DNA of 64,000 nt, from positions 6,262,001 to 6,326,000 of the forward strand of contig JBHGNT010000009.1 of NCBI GenBank assembly GCA_043228905.1. The letters are read 5' to 3'. Below are positions 25,901-37,572 of the stretch, piece by piece; position 1 is the stretch's first letter; the number at the start of each line of letters is the position of its first letter. Source of the stretch: Azolla caroliniana. Taxonomy: Eukaryota; Plantae; Polypodiophyta. Position numbers and translations under genes: made by a program. The notes under the pieces are model-generated. The model did not search any database, was not told the DNA's origin, and saw only the letters and a list, made by a program, of their open reading frames with translations.

Positions 25901-28900
25901 CAACATGACATAATGCAAATAGGGGTCATATCTATATACCTGCCTCCTTAAACGATTAGACCTACGTACCCAATGATCAGTATTTTCTGGGATTGGTTCT
26001 AAATCTGGAGGAAAATCAGTTTCAGCACATTCTGGCTGTTGTAAACCATGTCTAGCATGTTGTGCAAAACCTATATTTTGTTGTTCAGTACCTTCATCTC
26101 ATTGTCCAACACCTTCATGAGCATCTCTTTGCTGTCCAACTTCTCCTGGCTCAAGGATAACCGGTCGATCATCATATTCAACCTTTGGTATAGCATCATG
26201 AGGTTTATTTTCAGATTTTGTAGATGGTTGTAATTGCTGAAAGTTTCCAATAGAGGAACAAGCATTTTTCAGCAATTTTTCTTCATTAAAAACAACTTCC
26301 CGGCTGCATACAATTTTTCTAGACTGAGTTAACCAAATCCTATAGCCCATTTCACCTTCATCACCATAGCCCATAAAAATGCCCATGGTGGACTTAGCAT
26401 CAAGCTTGTTTCTCAGCTCACTTCTAATGTGTACAAATGCATCACAACCAAAAATTCGTAAATGGTCATATGAGGCTGGTTTGCCAGACCAAACCTCCTC
26501 GGGGATTCCATTCTTTAAGGACTTGTTGGGAGAACAATTACATATATGAACCGTGGTTTTTAATGCTTCTCCCCAAAATTCATGAGGGAGATTAGCTGTG
26601 GACAGCATGCATCGTATTCACTCACACAAAATGTCCTATTATACCTTTCTCCACCCCATTTGACGAAGGGTTATATGGAGCTGTAAGCTCTCTTTTAATA
26701 CCATGTAAGTCACAAAAAGACTTAAATTCTGCAGATGTAAACTCACCCCCATTATCTGTTCTAAGACATTTCAGTTTTGTCCCTTTTTGGGTAGTCACAA
26801 ATGCATGAAAAGATTTAAATGCATCAAAAGCATCACCTTTTTTTTTCATCAAGTACACCCAAATCTTCCTAGAATAATCATCAATAAAGGAAATAAAATA
26901 TACAGCACAGCCCAAAGATTTTACAAGCATGCTACATACATACATCAGAATGCACCAAATCTAGCACATTTGGTTTACGAGAGACACCAGAATAATAAGA
27001 ATTTCTCACTTGTTTGCCAAATAGACAATCATTACAAAAAACCAGCTTTGATCCTTTAACTTTAAGTCTTTGGCACATATGTCCTAACCTCTTATGCCAA
27101 AGCTCTAAACGAGAGTCAAATTCAGCAATAGCAAGAAACCTTCCAAGTAAAGCTTTACATTGCATACAGTAGAGAGTGCCCTTTTTGCAACCTTTCACAA
27201 TAACCATAGATCCTTTCTTAAGTTTCCACAATCCACCACCAAATAATGTGGTGTAACCATGCAAATCCATCTGTCCTACAGAGAGCAAACTTTTCTTAAT
27301 GCCAAGTACATACCTGACATCTTTGAGCACAAGCTCTTGACCATTATTCAAAGACAAGTGTATGGTGCCAATACCATCAATATTGTAAGCATTATTGTTA
27401 CCAAGATAAACTTTTCCATAACTACCTGCATCAAATGTGGTAAAGCACTCCAAACATGGAGTAACATGAAAAGAAGCCCCAGAGTCTACTATCCATGTCT
27501 GTGTCAATCCATCATCAATTGACAATAAAGCATCAATAACATCTGTTTTGGTGATTTACATGTCTTGAACATGAGCTATAAAGGCATCACCTGTAATACA
27601 AAGTACATCACCATCTTCACCAAATAGCTCTTCAATGATAACATTTGAAGCCGTATTAGCTTTCTCTATTGTATTAAACTTATCATCTTTGTTTTTCTTC
27701 TCTCCTACATTCTTCTTCTTTTCTAGTTCCATCTTCAAATATCTACAACACTGATAGCATGTGATATCTTGTTGTTTTCCTTTCCCTCTACTCTTACTTC
27801 TATTTCTTTCTCCTACATTTGGGTTCTTGTTATCATATCTCCCCCTAATATTGTATGTTGAACCACTACCTTCTCCGTTAGATTTTCTTCTAATCTCTTC
27901 ATTGAGAATAGAGCCCCGCACACCATCGAAGATCAAGTTGGTGCTATTAGACAGTGAAACAACTAATGTTTCACTATCTAATCGGGTAAAGTCATAAGTA
28001 AGAAGATAGCTTCGAGTTTGTCATCGAAAGCTGGTAATCCTAAATCTTGTAGTTGGGAGAGAGTACCTATGAATAACGATAGATGTTCTATTGCACCTTC
28101 CGACCCATCAAGCCTCATACTGACATGTTTTCTGATCAAATGCACATGATTCACAGGAGTAGTATTCTCGTAAGTTGTCTTAAGTTTCTCCCATACTTGA
28201 CGGGCAGTAATCAAGCCCTTTATATCTACAAGAATCTCATCAGAAACAACCATTTTAATATATGTAATGGCTTTCTTATTCAGAGTGTTCCATGCTCTCT
28301 AGTTTCTTTTCCACGAGAGCATCTTCACAATCTCTCATAAGGAGGATGCCCAGCATATGCTCTTTCCACAATTCGAAACCTTTTCCATCAAATCTCTTGA
28401 TTTCAAAGATATTTTTCACTTCACTTGAAGTGGAGGCCATTGCTCCCAAGATTTATGACAGATTTCTTCAGAAATTGAACAGAATACAGATAGGAAAGGG
28501 TCTGAAAGAATTGAATGAAAAATTAAGAGTTTTCTGCTGATTCTGAATCTAAAAAAAAAATAGCTAAAGGTAAAGAGAGATGTTTGAGGGAGCAGCTATT
28601 GAGGGATGATGTTCAGCAAACAGGACTGTAGTAGAGATGAGAGTAGAGACACACAGATCTTTGGTGTACCCAACCGCCTTAATTGGTACATGAGAAAAAG
28701 GTTATTATATTAGTTAACCCTAAAAAAGGTGTGTTCACATTACAAAAGGAGGTGTCCTGTCCAAGTGAGCAATGTGTTCACATGTACGAATAATTACCTA
28801 ATTTGTTAACTACGGGCCTTTACACCTAACATATCGACAAACCTTTGTCCGTACAAAATAGCTTTAAGGGATTTAGATGTCTTTGAAGTCCCTTTGGAGA

Positions 28901-31900
28901 GTCAGAAATCAGCAGCATATAATCAGAATATAGTAATATTTGTATAACCAAGAGTCAGCTGAAGAACCCGACAGCTGGTCGGCTGAGGGACGGGTCGATG
29001 GGCCATTAGGGCCTATATTCCTATTCTTAGTAATAGGAATATTTTAGGAGTCAATGTCAGTGGCTCATTTATGGGCATTGAAGTACCTGTCAGTACTTCT
29101 GTCAATCCTTTTGAGGACTTGTATAAAGAGTGCTCACTAAGCACATTTTGATGTACAGAGTGTTATTATTTTAGAAATATACTTTTGTTTTCTGCTCTCT
29201 CTCTCTCTCTACATTCTTTGTGTATTCCTAACTATCTTGTAGAGTTCGATTGAGCCAATTGTGTTTGGTTGTAAGCTTCCGCACGTTATTCTTTACAGTA
29301 GAGCTATACCTGCCAGCCATGCTCCCGCACCCTTGAATCTCTCTATGTAATGTGATACCTCGTCTATATAGAGACTGAAGAGAGTGGGTGATAGGGGGCA
29401 TCCTTCACTCCGATTGTGCTAACCACAGCCTCTGACAAACCCTTGAAAGACCACACTTTTTTTGAGACGGATTCATAGAGTGCATAGATTCCCCACTGCA
29501 TGTCTATTGGAACACTAAGGTCTTCTAGCCGTTGCATAAGCTGAGCACATGGCACGGTGTCAAAGGCTGTTTTGAAATCCACAAAGCAGCAATAAATCCT
29601 CTTATTATGGGCTCTACCCTCCTCGATAAGGGATCGGAGGGTCAATATGTGATCCAAAGTTGTGAACTCCTTCCGAAAACCTACCTATCCAGCTGAACGG
29701 CAGCTATTCCGCTCTGCCCATATACTCAATTCGGATTTTAGAATCCAGCTATATAGTTTACCCAAGTAATGGCCAATCATGATTATCCTATAGTTGCTTG
29801 GCATCATGGGGTCTCCACTTTGAGGATTGGCACAATGGTAGGCTGAGTCTATCTAGTAGGGAAACCTTCACACATGGCTCTATTAAAGATGTGTGCTAGC
29901 AATGGGAGGATGATGTCAAGGGCATAGATAAAGTGCTCACCAACCTATCCATCACAATCCTGGGCCTTCCCAATTTGTAACCGATCAATGGCATTTCTTA
30001 CATTTTGTGGAGTAAAAAAGGTGGATTCATGTGGGCATGCACGATGTGGGTGGGGAAGAGGAGGTTGCCTAGGGATATCATATAGGACCTTTGCATACCA
30101 TATAAGGGAAGTTTTAACAAAGAGAACTATATTGGAATTGTGAAGTTCCACAGTATCTATAAAGTGGTTTGACAATTTATTGTACTGCTTAAAATATATG
30201 CTGCTTGAACAGAGGCATGGACGAATATGGATCATGTCATATCAATTCGCAAGATCATAGAACAAGACTTCAATCGAACATGGTGAATAGAAACATGAAT
30301 TATTATGGAATCCACTATTTCACTGCACAATCATACACCAACCTTCCTAACTCCATAGTCCTGATCAGATATCCTTATCTTAACTTTTGCGCTCTCTTTT
30401 AATAAGTTACATCAGTACTCAGGAATCTAGATCTACAAGTTCATGCATAGCACCTTGATTTTCAAGAAATATCATAATCTATATATTCTGCAACTTAATG
30501 TTGAGATTTACCAGTTGTTGTGTTAAAACTGGATTTTCGTGTCCATATAAAATGCATATATCCAGTAGCTTTGGCAATTTGAAAAATCTCTTTCTATACA
30601 TGGTATCTGCTGATAGGACCAGAGAAGTAAACACATTAGCAATCATTGAGAATATTCTATAAAATCATCTGTATTAAAACAACACCGTGATCCACTCTAT
30701 CTTTTTATATTAGAACACAAAGATTTTTCATTTCATCCAAACGAATGAAAATATAAAATAAGGATCCAAATTTCAAATTAGATGGACGAAGCTCGCCTGG
30801 ATATATTTTGGTTGAGAGGCTATCAATAGTTCCACGTTCAAAAATCAACGACCTAAACAGTATGTATTCATTTTATAAATTAACTAAAAAGCCAACCAGC
30901 AACTCACAAGTTGCCAAATCATTCAATTAGACTTTGTTCATGAGAAATTATCCAAAGGAAAATCAATGATTTACATGCGATAGAAGACCATGAAGACACG
31001 CCGATACAACTCCTCATCCCCAACAATTAATCTGGTCAATGGCTTTCCATTTTCATTGCCGAAGTTAGCAAATTGTCTTTCTTTTTTTAAATAGGTGCTT
31101 AAAGATGCTTCCAGAGACTCATCAAGGATCACTACATAAAAATCAAAAGAATTCAAGAGATTACTAAAAAGTATGAAAGAACTTATTAACAATAAATAAG
31201 CTTTGAAAACAATACTCCTAATATATTTAAGCAATCAGGAACATAAAATATGATAGAAGTTACAGCATCATCATCAAAAATCAAAAACCTTGAAATCAAT
31301 ATTAAGCATTCCACATAATAACCCTTTTTTTGTACAATCTCGTGTAGGAATGAAAATATATTGGATATAAAACATAAGCGATCAAGCATTGTAATTTGTA
31401 TTGCATTATACCTGTATCAACTTTAGAATAGCCTCTTTGCTGCTGCTCTTTTACCAGAGTAGTTCTTCATAGTTTTAGATGGTTTGAGTTTCAGCGCATA
31501 AAACTTTTGTTTGTATGGATGAGATATAATATGAATTCACGCGACAGTATTTCATAGGCCACTTGTGCCTTCTTCGAGAGGTCAATACACTCTCGCAATT
31601 CAATATCCTTGCCATTGACACCTGCATAGCAAGAGTGTGTTCACCCATAGAAGAAAGGTTGCCTCGCACATGTTGAGAAAGAAATTGTTTATGAGTAAGA
31701 ACCACAAAGAGGTAGTGTGACTTCTTAGAGAAGACTCCTCTCTACACCGTTAACTATCTGGATTCTTTTGTACCCTATTTTAGTTATATTTATTTTGGTT
31801 TACTGCTCTCATAGACAAGAAAACGTTGTAAGATGCAAAATTTTGTTCAGTCTTATACACCATTTTGGCATTTTTCAAAAACTTTAATATAGTGTGCTTT

Positions 31901-34900
31901 ATTTCCCTTGATAATGAGCAGGAGTATGGAGTCACTTCAAACACTAGACCTCCAGTTTCTTCACAGAAGATAAGGACAGCTATTGACAGACTTGATAAAG
32001 AAAAATATAGAACGAAAGATATATTAACGTCTTTTAAGAGGCCAAAATGGCCTATAAGACCAAATAAGAGATTACATCTTAAGTGTTGTCTCATCTTGAG
32101 AACAAATCAAAATAAAATAAATATTATACAGTAAATATAAAAATAAATAACATGAAAGGAAAATTAATGAGGGAATCTGGTTTTTGGCACACGTGAGATC
32201 CTCAAATTAGGTATATTGTAGCTTTTGTCTTCAAAAGATCTCTAGCATAGGTCGATCCAGAATGGAAATGTCTCCGAAGCGAGGGAAGCACCTACGATGG
32301 CGGGAGATAATGGCTTTTATATGTTGATGACAAGGGTGTCGAGGTCGTGGTCCATGGGGCCAAGGCCTATGTGCACGGCAAACTGCCATTGCCCAATCAA
32401 TTGTAACCCCTTTGTTATGTCCTGGTCTGAAGCCCATTTGTGTATCCCGGGGTTGACTTCTAGCATTAGGAGTGATAGAGAGAAAAAAGATAGATTGAAG
32501 CCTTTTAAGAGGCCAAAATGGCCTATAAGGCTATGCAAGAGATTACATCTTAAGTGTTGTCTCATCTTTGAGAACAACAAATCAAAATAGAGTAAATATT
32601 ACTCAGTAAATATAAAAGTTAATAAGATAAAAAAGGAGGGGAAAGAATCTAGTTTTCGACACATTTGAGATTCTCAAGTTAGATGATTTATAACTTTTGT
32701 CTGCGAAAGATCTCTACCATAGATCGATTTAGAATGGAGAGGTCTCCAAAGCGAGGGAAGCACCTGTGATGGCAGGAGATAATGGCCTTTATTTGTCAAT
32801 GACACGGGTGCTGAGGTCATGGTCCGTGGGGACAGGGCCTACATGCACGACAAATTGCTATTACCCAATCTATAACCCATTTGTTATGTCCTGTTCAGGA
32901 GCCCATTTGTGTATCCCTTTATTGACTTGTAGCACTAGTAAAAGTGATAGGGCTAGAGATAGTTATGATTCTTCGTTGTGGATAAGCTTTTGTGGCTGAA
33001 TTATTATCCTTCAACAACTTGTCCCTATGTCTCTTGAGTTCTAGCAAGAAAAGTCCTAAGCATCGTTGAACCTCATATTCCATTACCTTACGTAGTGGGC
33101 CAAAGCCTTGTTTGAATAGGCAATGGTATCTCCCTCTTATTTCATAAAAGACACTACAGTGACAAACATAGTGTTCTTTGAATTCCATTCCTTGATGACA
33201 CAATTTTTTAATTCTTTTTTCTAGAGGTATTCGTGTATATCTACCTACCTCAATCTCCAAGTAATGTGATGAAGTTCGCAGTTGCCCTATCACACTATGC
33301 AACGCATAGGATAGATGTATGTCCATATAAGGCAGCTGATGATGAATCCATCCTCTGATCTGTGTAAAAAGTATGTATTTTAGTGGACCATCTTCATACC
33401 AAGTGATATTTGGGGCTGATCCATGTTATCTTGTTTTTTTTCCAAGTTAATGATATCAATTCGGATCACTCTATTCTTTTCCACTTTGGTCATGTTTAGA
33501 TGGGGCAGTCCAAGCTATAATGAACCATTGTTGCATTTCCACATACCTATAATGAATATTTCCATTTTCAGCCAGTTTTCTTTATGACATCAGCACCAAC
33601 CTTTAGTACCTTCATTTAGGGAACTCCCAAAGACATTCGATACAGGTCACTGATCAAAACAATGCCTCGATGATTACAGGGACTGCTCCCATCTCTACCC
33701 AGATCATATCATGGGACACTGATGCTTTGCTCCTTATCACACAAGCAATCATTAACACTAAAGGTCTCTCTAAATCTTTCCAATGATTTACCTTGTTAAG
33801 ACTCGGTTCCCACATTATGAGAAGAGTTGTTGTGACTAGTGTATCAATTAACCACGGCTTAGTTAGTGGCTCTTGGAACGGCAAATGTGCACATTGTCTC
33901 TCGAGGGCACCAAGGGTTGCACATCCACGAGAATGTCAGGCACAAGCAACCTCCCATAAGGAGAACCTAGGCCTTGTAAATGTTACTCCTAGGTATGTGT
34001 AGGTGCATGTGTATTCCACCTTTTCCTCTCACAAGAAGAATTATGGTTCTGATCTTGTTACCCATGCTTGAGTGGTGTTAAACACCTTCACTTTAGTTTT
34101 ATCCATGCTTATCGACAAACCTTTGTCCATACAAAATAGTTTTAAGGAATTTAGATGTCTTTGTAGTCCCTTTGGAGAGTCAGAAATCAGCAGAATATCA
34201 TCAGCATATGGTAATATTTGTATAGCTATACCTGCCAAGCATGCTCCCGAACCACCGAATCTCTTTATGTAATGTGATACCTCGTCTATATAGAGACCAA
34301 AGAGAGTGGGTGATAGGGGGCATCCTTGCTTCACTCCGATTGTGCTAGCCACCACCTCTGACAAACCCTTGAAAGACCACACTTTTCCTGAGATGGATTC
34401 ATAGAGTGCATAGATTCGCCATTGCATATCTATAGGAATACCAAAGGCTTCTAGCTGTTGCATAAGCCGAGCGCGAGGCACAATGATAAAGGCTTTTCGG
34501 AAATCCACAAAGTAGCAATAAATCCTCTTATTATGGGCTCTACCCTCCTCAATAAGGGCTTGGTAGGTCAACATGTGATCCACAGTTGTGAACCCCTTCC
34601 GAAAACCTACCTGTCCAACTGAATGGAAGCTATTCCGCTCTGCCCATATACTCAATTCGGATTCTAGAATCGAGCCATATAGTTTACCCAAGTAATGGCC
34701 AATCATGATTGTCCTATAGCTGATTGGCATCATGGGGTCTCCATTCTTGAGGATTGGCACAATGGTATGCTGAGTCTATCTAGTAGGGAAACCTTCACAC
34801 ATGGCTCTATTAAAGATGTGTGCTAGCAATGGGAGGCCAATGTCACGGTCATAGATGAAGTGCTCACCAACCAATCCATCATGATCCTGGGCCCTCCCAA

Positions 34901-36872
34901 ATTGTAACCGATCAATAGCACTTCTTACATTTTGTGGAGTAAAAAAGGTGGATTCATGTGGGCGTGAGCCATGTGGGTGGGAAGAGGATGTTGCCACACC
35001 TGAGGTGAGGTCACTTGTGTGGTAGGTTGCCTCTCATTAAACATTTTCCATGCTCTTTTACTTTCTAGTCCTAGAAACATGCGATACAAATGATCTTCAA
35101 ATTTAGCTAAATACAATCCCTTCTCTTTCCTTACGAGACATTGGAAGGTTGCTCTCACTTGTTTGTGTGTATAAATGCCCCCAAGTTACTTCACGCTGCA
35201 AGCATCTCCTTGTATCACGACATTCCTCATCATACCAACTATTTTGTATTACTCTACCAAGTTTGGGGGGATTGGCTGTTGTGTGAGGAAAGGCCTTGCC
35301 GTAGAGGTTTATACATTCTAGAGATCATATTGTAAAGATCCTAGCCCATATCACCATTGTCTCAATACTCAAGTAGAGAGATATGTATCTACCAACTAAC
35401 TTCTGCACTATCGTGATTGATCATTTCCTCTGTCTCAATACTCAACTAGAGAGATATGTATCTACCAACTAACTTCTGCGCTTTCATGATTGATCATTTC
35501 CTCTGCCAAAACTATATGGATCTATTTTTTGAGCATGAGTTGGGAATGTGGACACCATGTTGAGGGCAAGTTAGTTTCATGAGAAGATTCTCTACACTGA
35601 GCCACACTTTCACACTTTGAGCTAAAATTTAAAAGGGTAAAGCATTGTGGGTTTCTTAAAGTTTTTGATACAGCCCAAGATCATGCATGATGTATAGCCT
35701 AAAGGAATTAGGAGTTCCACATAATTGAAAAGGGTAAAGCTTTGTAGGTTTCTTAAATTTTTTGATACAGCCCATGAGTGTGCCTGATGTATAGCCTAAA
35801 GGAATTAGGAGTTCCACATGAATTGATATGGGGGTGATGCCTCTTTATGATATAATTGTAGGGAGCGTCCAAACTTTAGAACGCTTATCACAACAAATTC
35901 AGAAGGAGTAAAGCATTGATATTGACGCTGTCCAGCTCTATTTGGAACTTTTGAGATGATGATATATATTAACATACATGGGGGGAGGGAGCAACACACC
36001 CATGGGACCAGCAATCATTACAAAGCACTATCCGAAGCCATGTAAATTTGGGGACAGAGAATTGACAATCGTTAAGAATCACTCTCCGCGCCCATGTAGG
36101 TGGGGATTTTTAAATAGCAGAACAAAAGAGAAGACTAAACTGAAATAAAAACTAAGATTGTTTCCTAATTTTACAGTTCCAGGTTTCCAAGAGTTTGGTT
36201 TCAAGTCAAGTAGACAAGATGGAGCATTCATAGTGTTGTTGGAGATGGTTCCATCCTTGTTAGAAGTTCTTAAAAGCTAGCACAATCTTGTAGGAATTCC
36301 TGAAAATCATAAATTGGAGAGGAGACAGAGGTTTCGAGTTAGCAGGCACTTGGATACCCCTGTTTGCCTGTTTGCCATGCATGTAGGCCACATTCATTTC
36401 GACCATGCAACCGTCATCCTTGTTATCAAGAGATCGAGACCATTACCGCCCTCATTTGAAAATCCCACCTATATGGTTGAGGAGAGTGCTTTATAATGAT
36501 AGTTGATTCCCTGCTGAGGAGTCAAGCATACACCATTCCTAGTGCTTTTGGAGATGGTCCCATCCTTGTTAGAAGTTCTAGAAATCTAGTACAATCTAGT
36601 AGGAATTCCTGAAAATCATGAATTAGAGAGAAGGAGATGGAAGCTCCCAGTTGGGAAGCACTTGGATACCCTTGTTTGTCATATGCATGTAGGCCACGTT
36701 CCTTTGGACTATGCACCTGTCATCCTTCTTATCAAGAGATCGAGACCATTGTCGCCCAACACCGACCTCTCCACCTTGGACCGACAAATGTTTTCTCCAG
36801 GATGAGATAACATTCTCAGATGTAATCTCCCATTCTATCTCAAAGCTCATTTTGGCCTCTTAATAGACGTTA

Positions 36873-36912
<40 letters not shown>

Positions 36913-37163
36913 CTTTTCTTCCTTCCTTCCTTCTTTTCTTTCTTCCTTTCTCCACTCACACAGACACACAAATACATATATATAAATGTACCTGTTTTGT
37001 AGAACTCGTCAGATTCCATCTTCAGCAATTTGCTAAGTTTTGAATTCAGAGAATCTTCTGCAGCTGCCGATGATGATGTTTCGTGCGCCGAATCGGACCT
37101 ATTACCTGAGGTTGCTGGTTCATTATGAGGTCCCCTCTGCTGGTAAGGATCTCTCTTCTTCAT
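9517..37163 (-). CDS. ASCC2: ASCC2-like CUE-domain protein (activating signal cointegrator 1 complex subunit 2), 9 exons, about 857 aa
   Basis: Exons 37163-36992, 31131-30975, 30852-30797, 30606-30512, 22901-22794, 15322-15266, 11752-11664, 11585-11182 and 10952-9517 join with consistent phases into 2574 nt. Motifs recalled from plant ASCC2: GDEELYRRVFMVFYR, LPKLLDICILYGHEN, CUE (IKDILPDYGRGFIAACLEAY..DPEEVIQRILEG), YDDEYDDSFDD, FVKDGKNYSYKV, HHRKDRAMKKH. Confidence 0.9.
11182..11585 (-). CDS. ASCC2: ASCC2 exon 8
   Basis: ttttag|C...AGAG|gtgaca; reads MHDTLLPT...WRIFCISYLSD...GALLRNIEK. Confidence 0.88.
11664..11752 (-). CDS. ASCC2: ASCC2 exon 7
   Basis: tacag|ATG...CAGAG|gtattg; reads MLTFAINVLISIHALVDVYPDSAKILVHQ; phases fit its neighbours. 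Confidence 0.82.
12020..13140 (+). mobile_element. Degenerate RTE-type LINE 3' fragments (ASCC2 intron 6)
   Basis: HPIEIMAIERV...YLPRIAW resembles the C-terminal part of the RTE at 21380-21530. 12820-13140 matches the family-A 3' end (aggccatattaggcctt, TTC tail). Confidence 0.75.
13200..14540 (+). mobile_element. Older diverged RTE-type LINE 3' portion
   Basis: WFNNHGLDIENLPLF, EDGFI..YMD, QLRVSSHQLEIEA and FCKL..IKSKEHFVC parallel family A; a related 3' terminal motif lies at 14410-14540. Confidence 0.7.
15266..15322 (-). CDS. ASCC2: ASCC2 exon 6
   Basis: tttcag|GTG...GAG|gtaatt; 57 nt, phase 0/0; reads VGEQTSKSMILKVQDELIE. Confidence 0.75.
15560..17185 (+). mobile_element. RTE-type LINE family A, 5'-truncated copy
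   Basis: GQLRTSSHQLQIEVGRY..PLEERICQLCHQGVESEEHY.YHC (CCHC-type), stop at 16984, conserved 3' hairpin and (TTTC)n tail. Confidence 0.88.
17390..19060 (+). mobile_element. Degenerate Gypsy fragment (LTR-like segment, RNase H end, integrase core)
   Basis: GRLLRWALAVHEYNFVLIYRKGTNNVLVDSLSR; EYLTRWCEAIPL...LLSDQGPQF...PQTNGLT.HMN...FAIHAYNTS. A ~100-bp tandem duplication lies at 17392-17598. Confidence 0.8.
19455..22513 (+). mobile_element. RTE-type LINE family C (end of endonuclease, RT, CCHC), pseudogenised
   Basis: GGGSVVDYAL, WFDDEC, QAGFRPKHSTIDH, FVDFKKVFD, GVKQGCPLSPTLF, LLYADDL, CKVC..EDECHLLFTC; (ATTCT)n tail at ~22494-22512. Confidence 0.92.
21729..22348 (+). repeat. 309-bp tandem duplication inside the RTE C-terminus
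   Basis: ggtctcaatataaagcaagaatg...ccaccaagaa occurs twice. ORF ends at 21871 and 22180 are offset by 309 nt. Confidence 0.92.
22794..22901 (-). CDS. ASCC2: ASCC2 exon 5
   Basis: ttgcag|GTA...ATG|gtattg; 108 nt, phase 0/0; reads VHNALSSIKQLHNDL...MHAIYQLCLSM. Confidence 0.8.
24641..28831 (-). mobile_element. Decayed Ty1/Copia element (5' LTR, gag, PR, IN, RT, start of RNase H), 3' end deleted
   Basis: gag ATG ~28440 (RFDGKGFELWK), WIVDSGASFH, LWHKRLGH, DDYSR, RTDNGGEF, YKARLV, YVDDML, YCDADMAGD. LTR end TGTTAGG at 28831, where RTE sequence resumes. Many frameshifts. Confidence 0.92.
28941..29297 (+). mobile_element. Probable solo LTR inserted in the RTE RT
   Basis: TGTA...TACA boundaries, TATAAA at ~29122, CT repeat. 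It interrupts a sequence that is continuous (tttgtatagctatacc) in the copy at 34217-34232. Confidence 0.65.
30512..30606 (-). CDS. ASCC2: ASCC2 exon 4
   Basis: Reads LPKLLDICILYGHENPVLTQQL|gtaaat; NAGNAG (cagcag) acceptor. Confidence 0.88.
30797..30852 (-). CDS. ASCC2: ASCC2 exon 3 (GC donor)
   Basis: tttag|G...CCAG|gcgagc; reads SLIFERGTIDSLSTKIYP; bridges phase 2 to phase 1. Confidence 0.72.
30975..31131 (-). CDS. ASCC2: ASCC2 exon 2
   Basis: tgtag|TG...CGCAT|gtaaat; reads ILDESLEASLSTYL...IVGDEELYRRVFMVFYR. Confidence 0.88.
32000..32476 (-). mobile_element. Short 5'-truncated RTE family A copy
   Basis: Near-identical reverse complement of about 16720-17170. Confidence 0.9.
32480..35500 (-). 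mobile_element. Longer RTE family A copy with RT
   Basis: ORF 34041-34760 contains QVGFRKGFTTVDH, FVDFRKAF, GVKQGCPLSPTLF and YADD; C-terminal CCHC and 3' hairpin are present. Confidence 0.92.
36239..36757. repeat. Diverged ~200-bp direct duplication in ASCC2 intron 1
   Basis: ggagatggt.ccatccttgttagaagttct...atcaagagatcgagaccatt occurs at ~36240 and ~36550. Confidence 0.8.
36992..37163 (-). CDS. ASCC2: ASCC2 exon 1 (ATG at 37163)
   Basis: Reads MKKRDPYQQRG...LNSKLSKLLKMESDEFYKT, donor CAG|gtacat; GA-rich leader upstream. Confidence 0.8.
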
Positions 37164-37274
37164 TCTTGCATCCACCTCCAGTGGATCGAAGAAGCAATGA
37201 AACGTACAGATCTCTGATACCTTATTGAATATACTCTCTTCAAACCCCTCGTCGCCGTCTTCTTCATCAATCTT

Positions 37275-37572
37275 CTTCTTCTCTTCTCTGCTACCTCAAT
37301 GTTTTAAAGGGTGGTTTTGATAATTACAGGAATACCCCTGAAGTTTCTAGAAACTACGAGAATAGCCCCTCAACTTTTGAGACCCCCCTTTGCAAAACGC
37401 TCAAAAATCTATCCTACATATTCATGAAAGGTACTCCTAATGAGCTTAAGATCATGCCACTTCTTCTCTTCTCTCTTACCTTAATGATTTAAAGGGTGGT
37501 CTTGATCATTACAGGAATACCCCTGAAGTTTCTAGAAACTATGAGAATAGCCCCTCGACTTTTGAGACCTCC
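37275..37572. repeat. ~110-bp direct repeat covering the presumed ASCC2 core promoter
   Basis: taaagggtggt.ttgat.attacaggaatacccctgaagtttctagaaacta.gagaatagcccctc.acttttgagacc occurs at ~37305 and ~37490. Confidence 0.85.

Larger units (their letters stand above)
23470..30068 (-). mobile_element. RTE family A copy split by a Copia and a solo LTR (pieces 23470-24616, 28832-28940, 29298-30068)
   Basis: The pieces align to the copy at 32480-35000: CCFVDFKTAFD, GVK..PLSP, C-terminal CHQGVESKEHYVCHC and the 3' hairpin. Confidence 0.88.
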
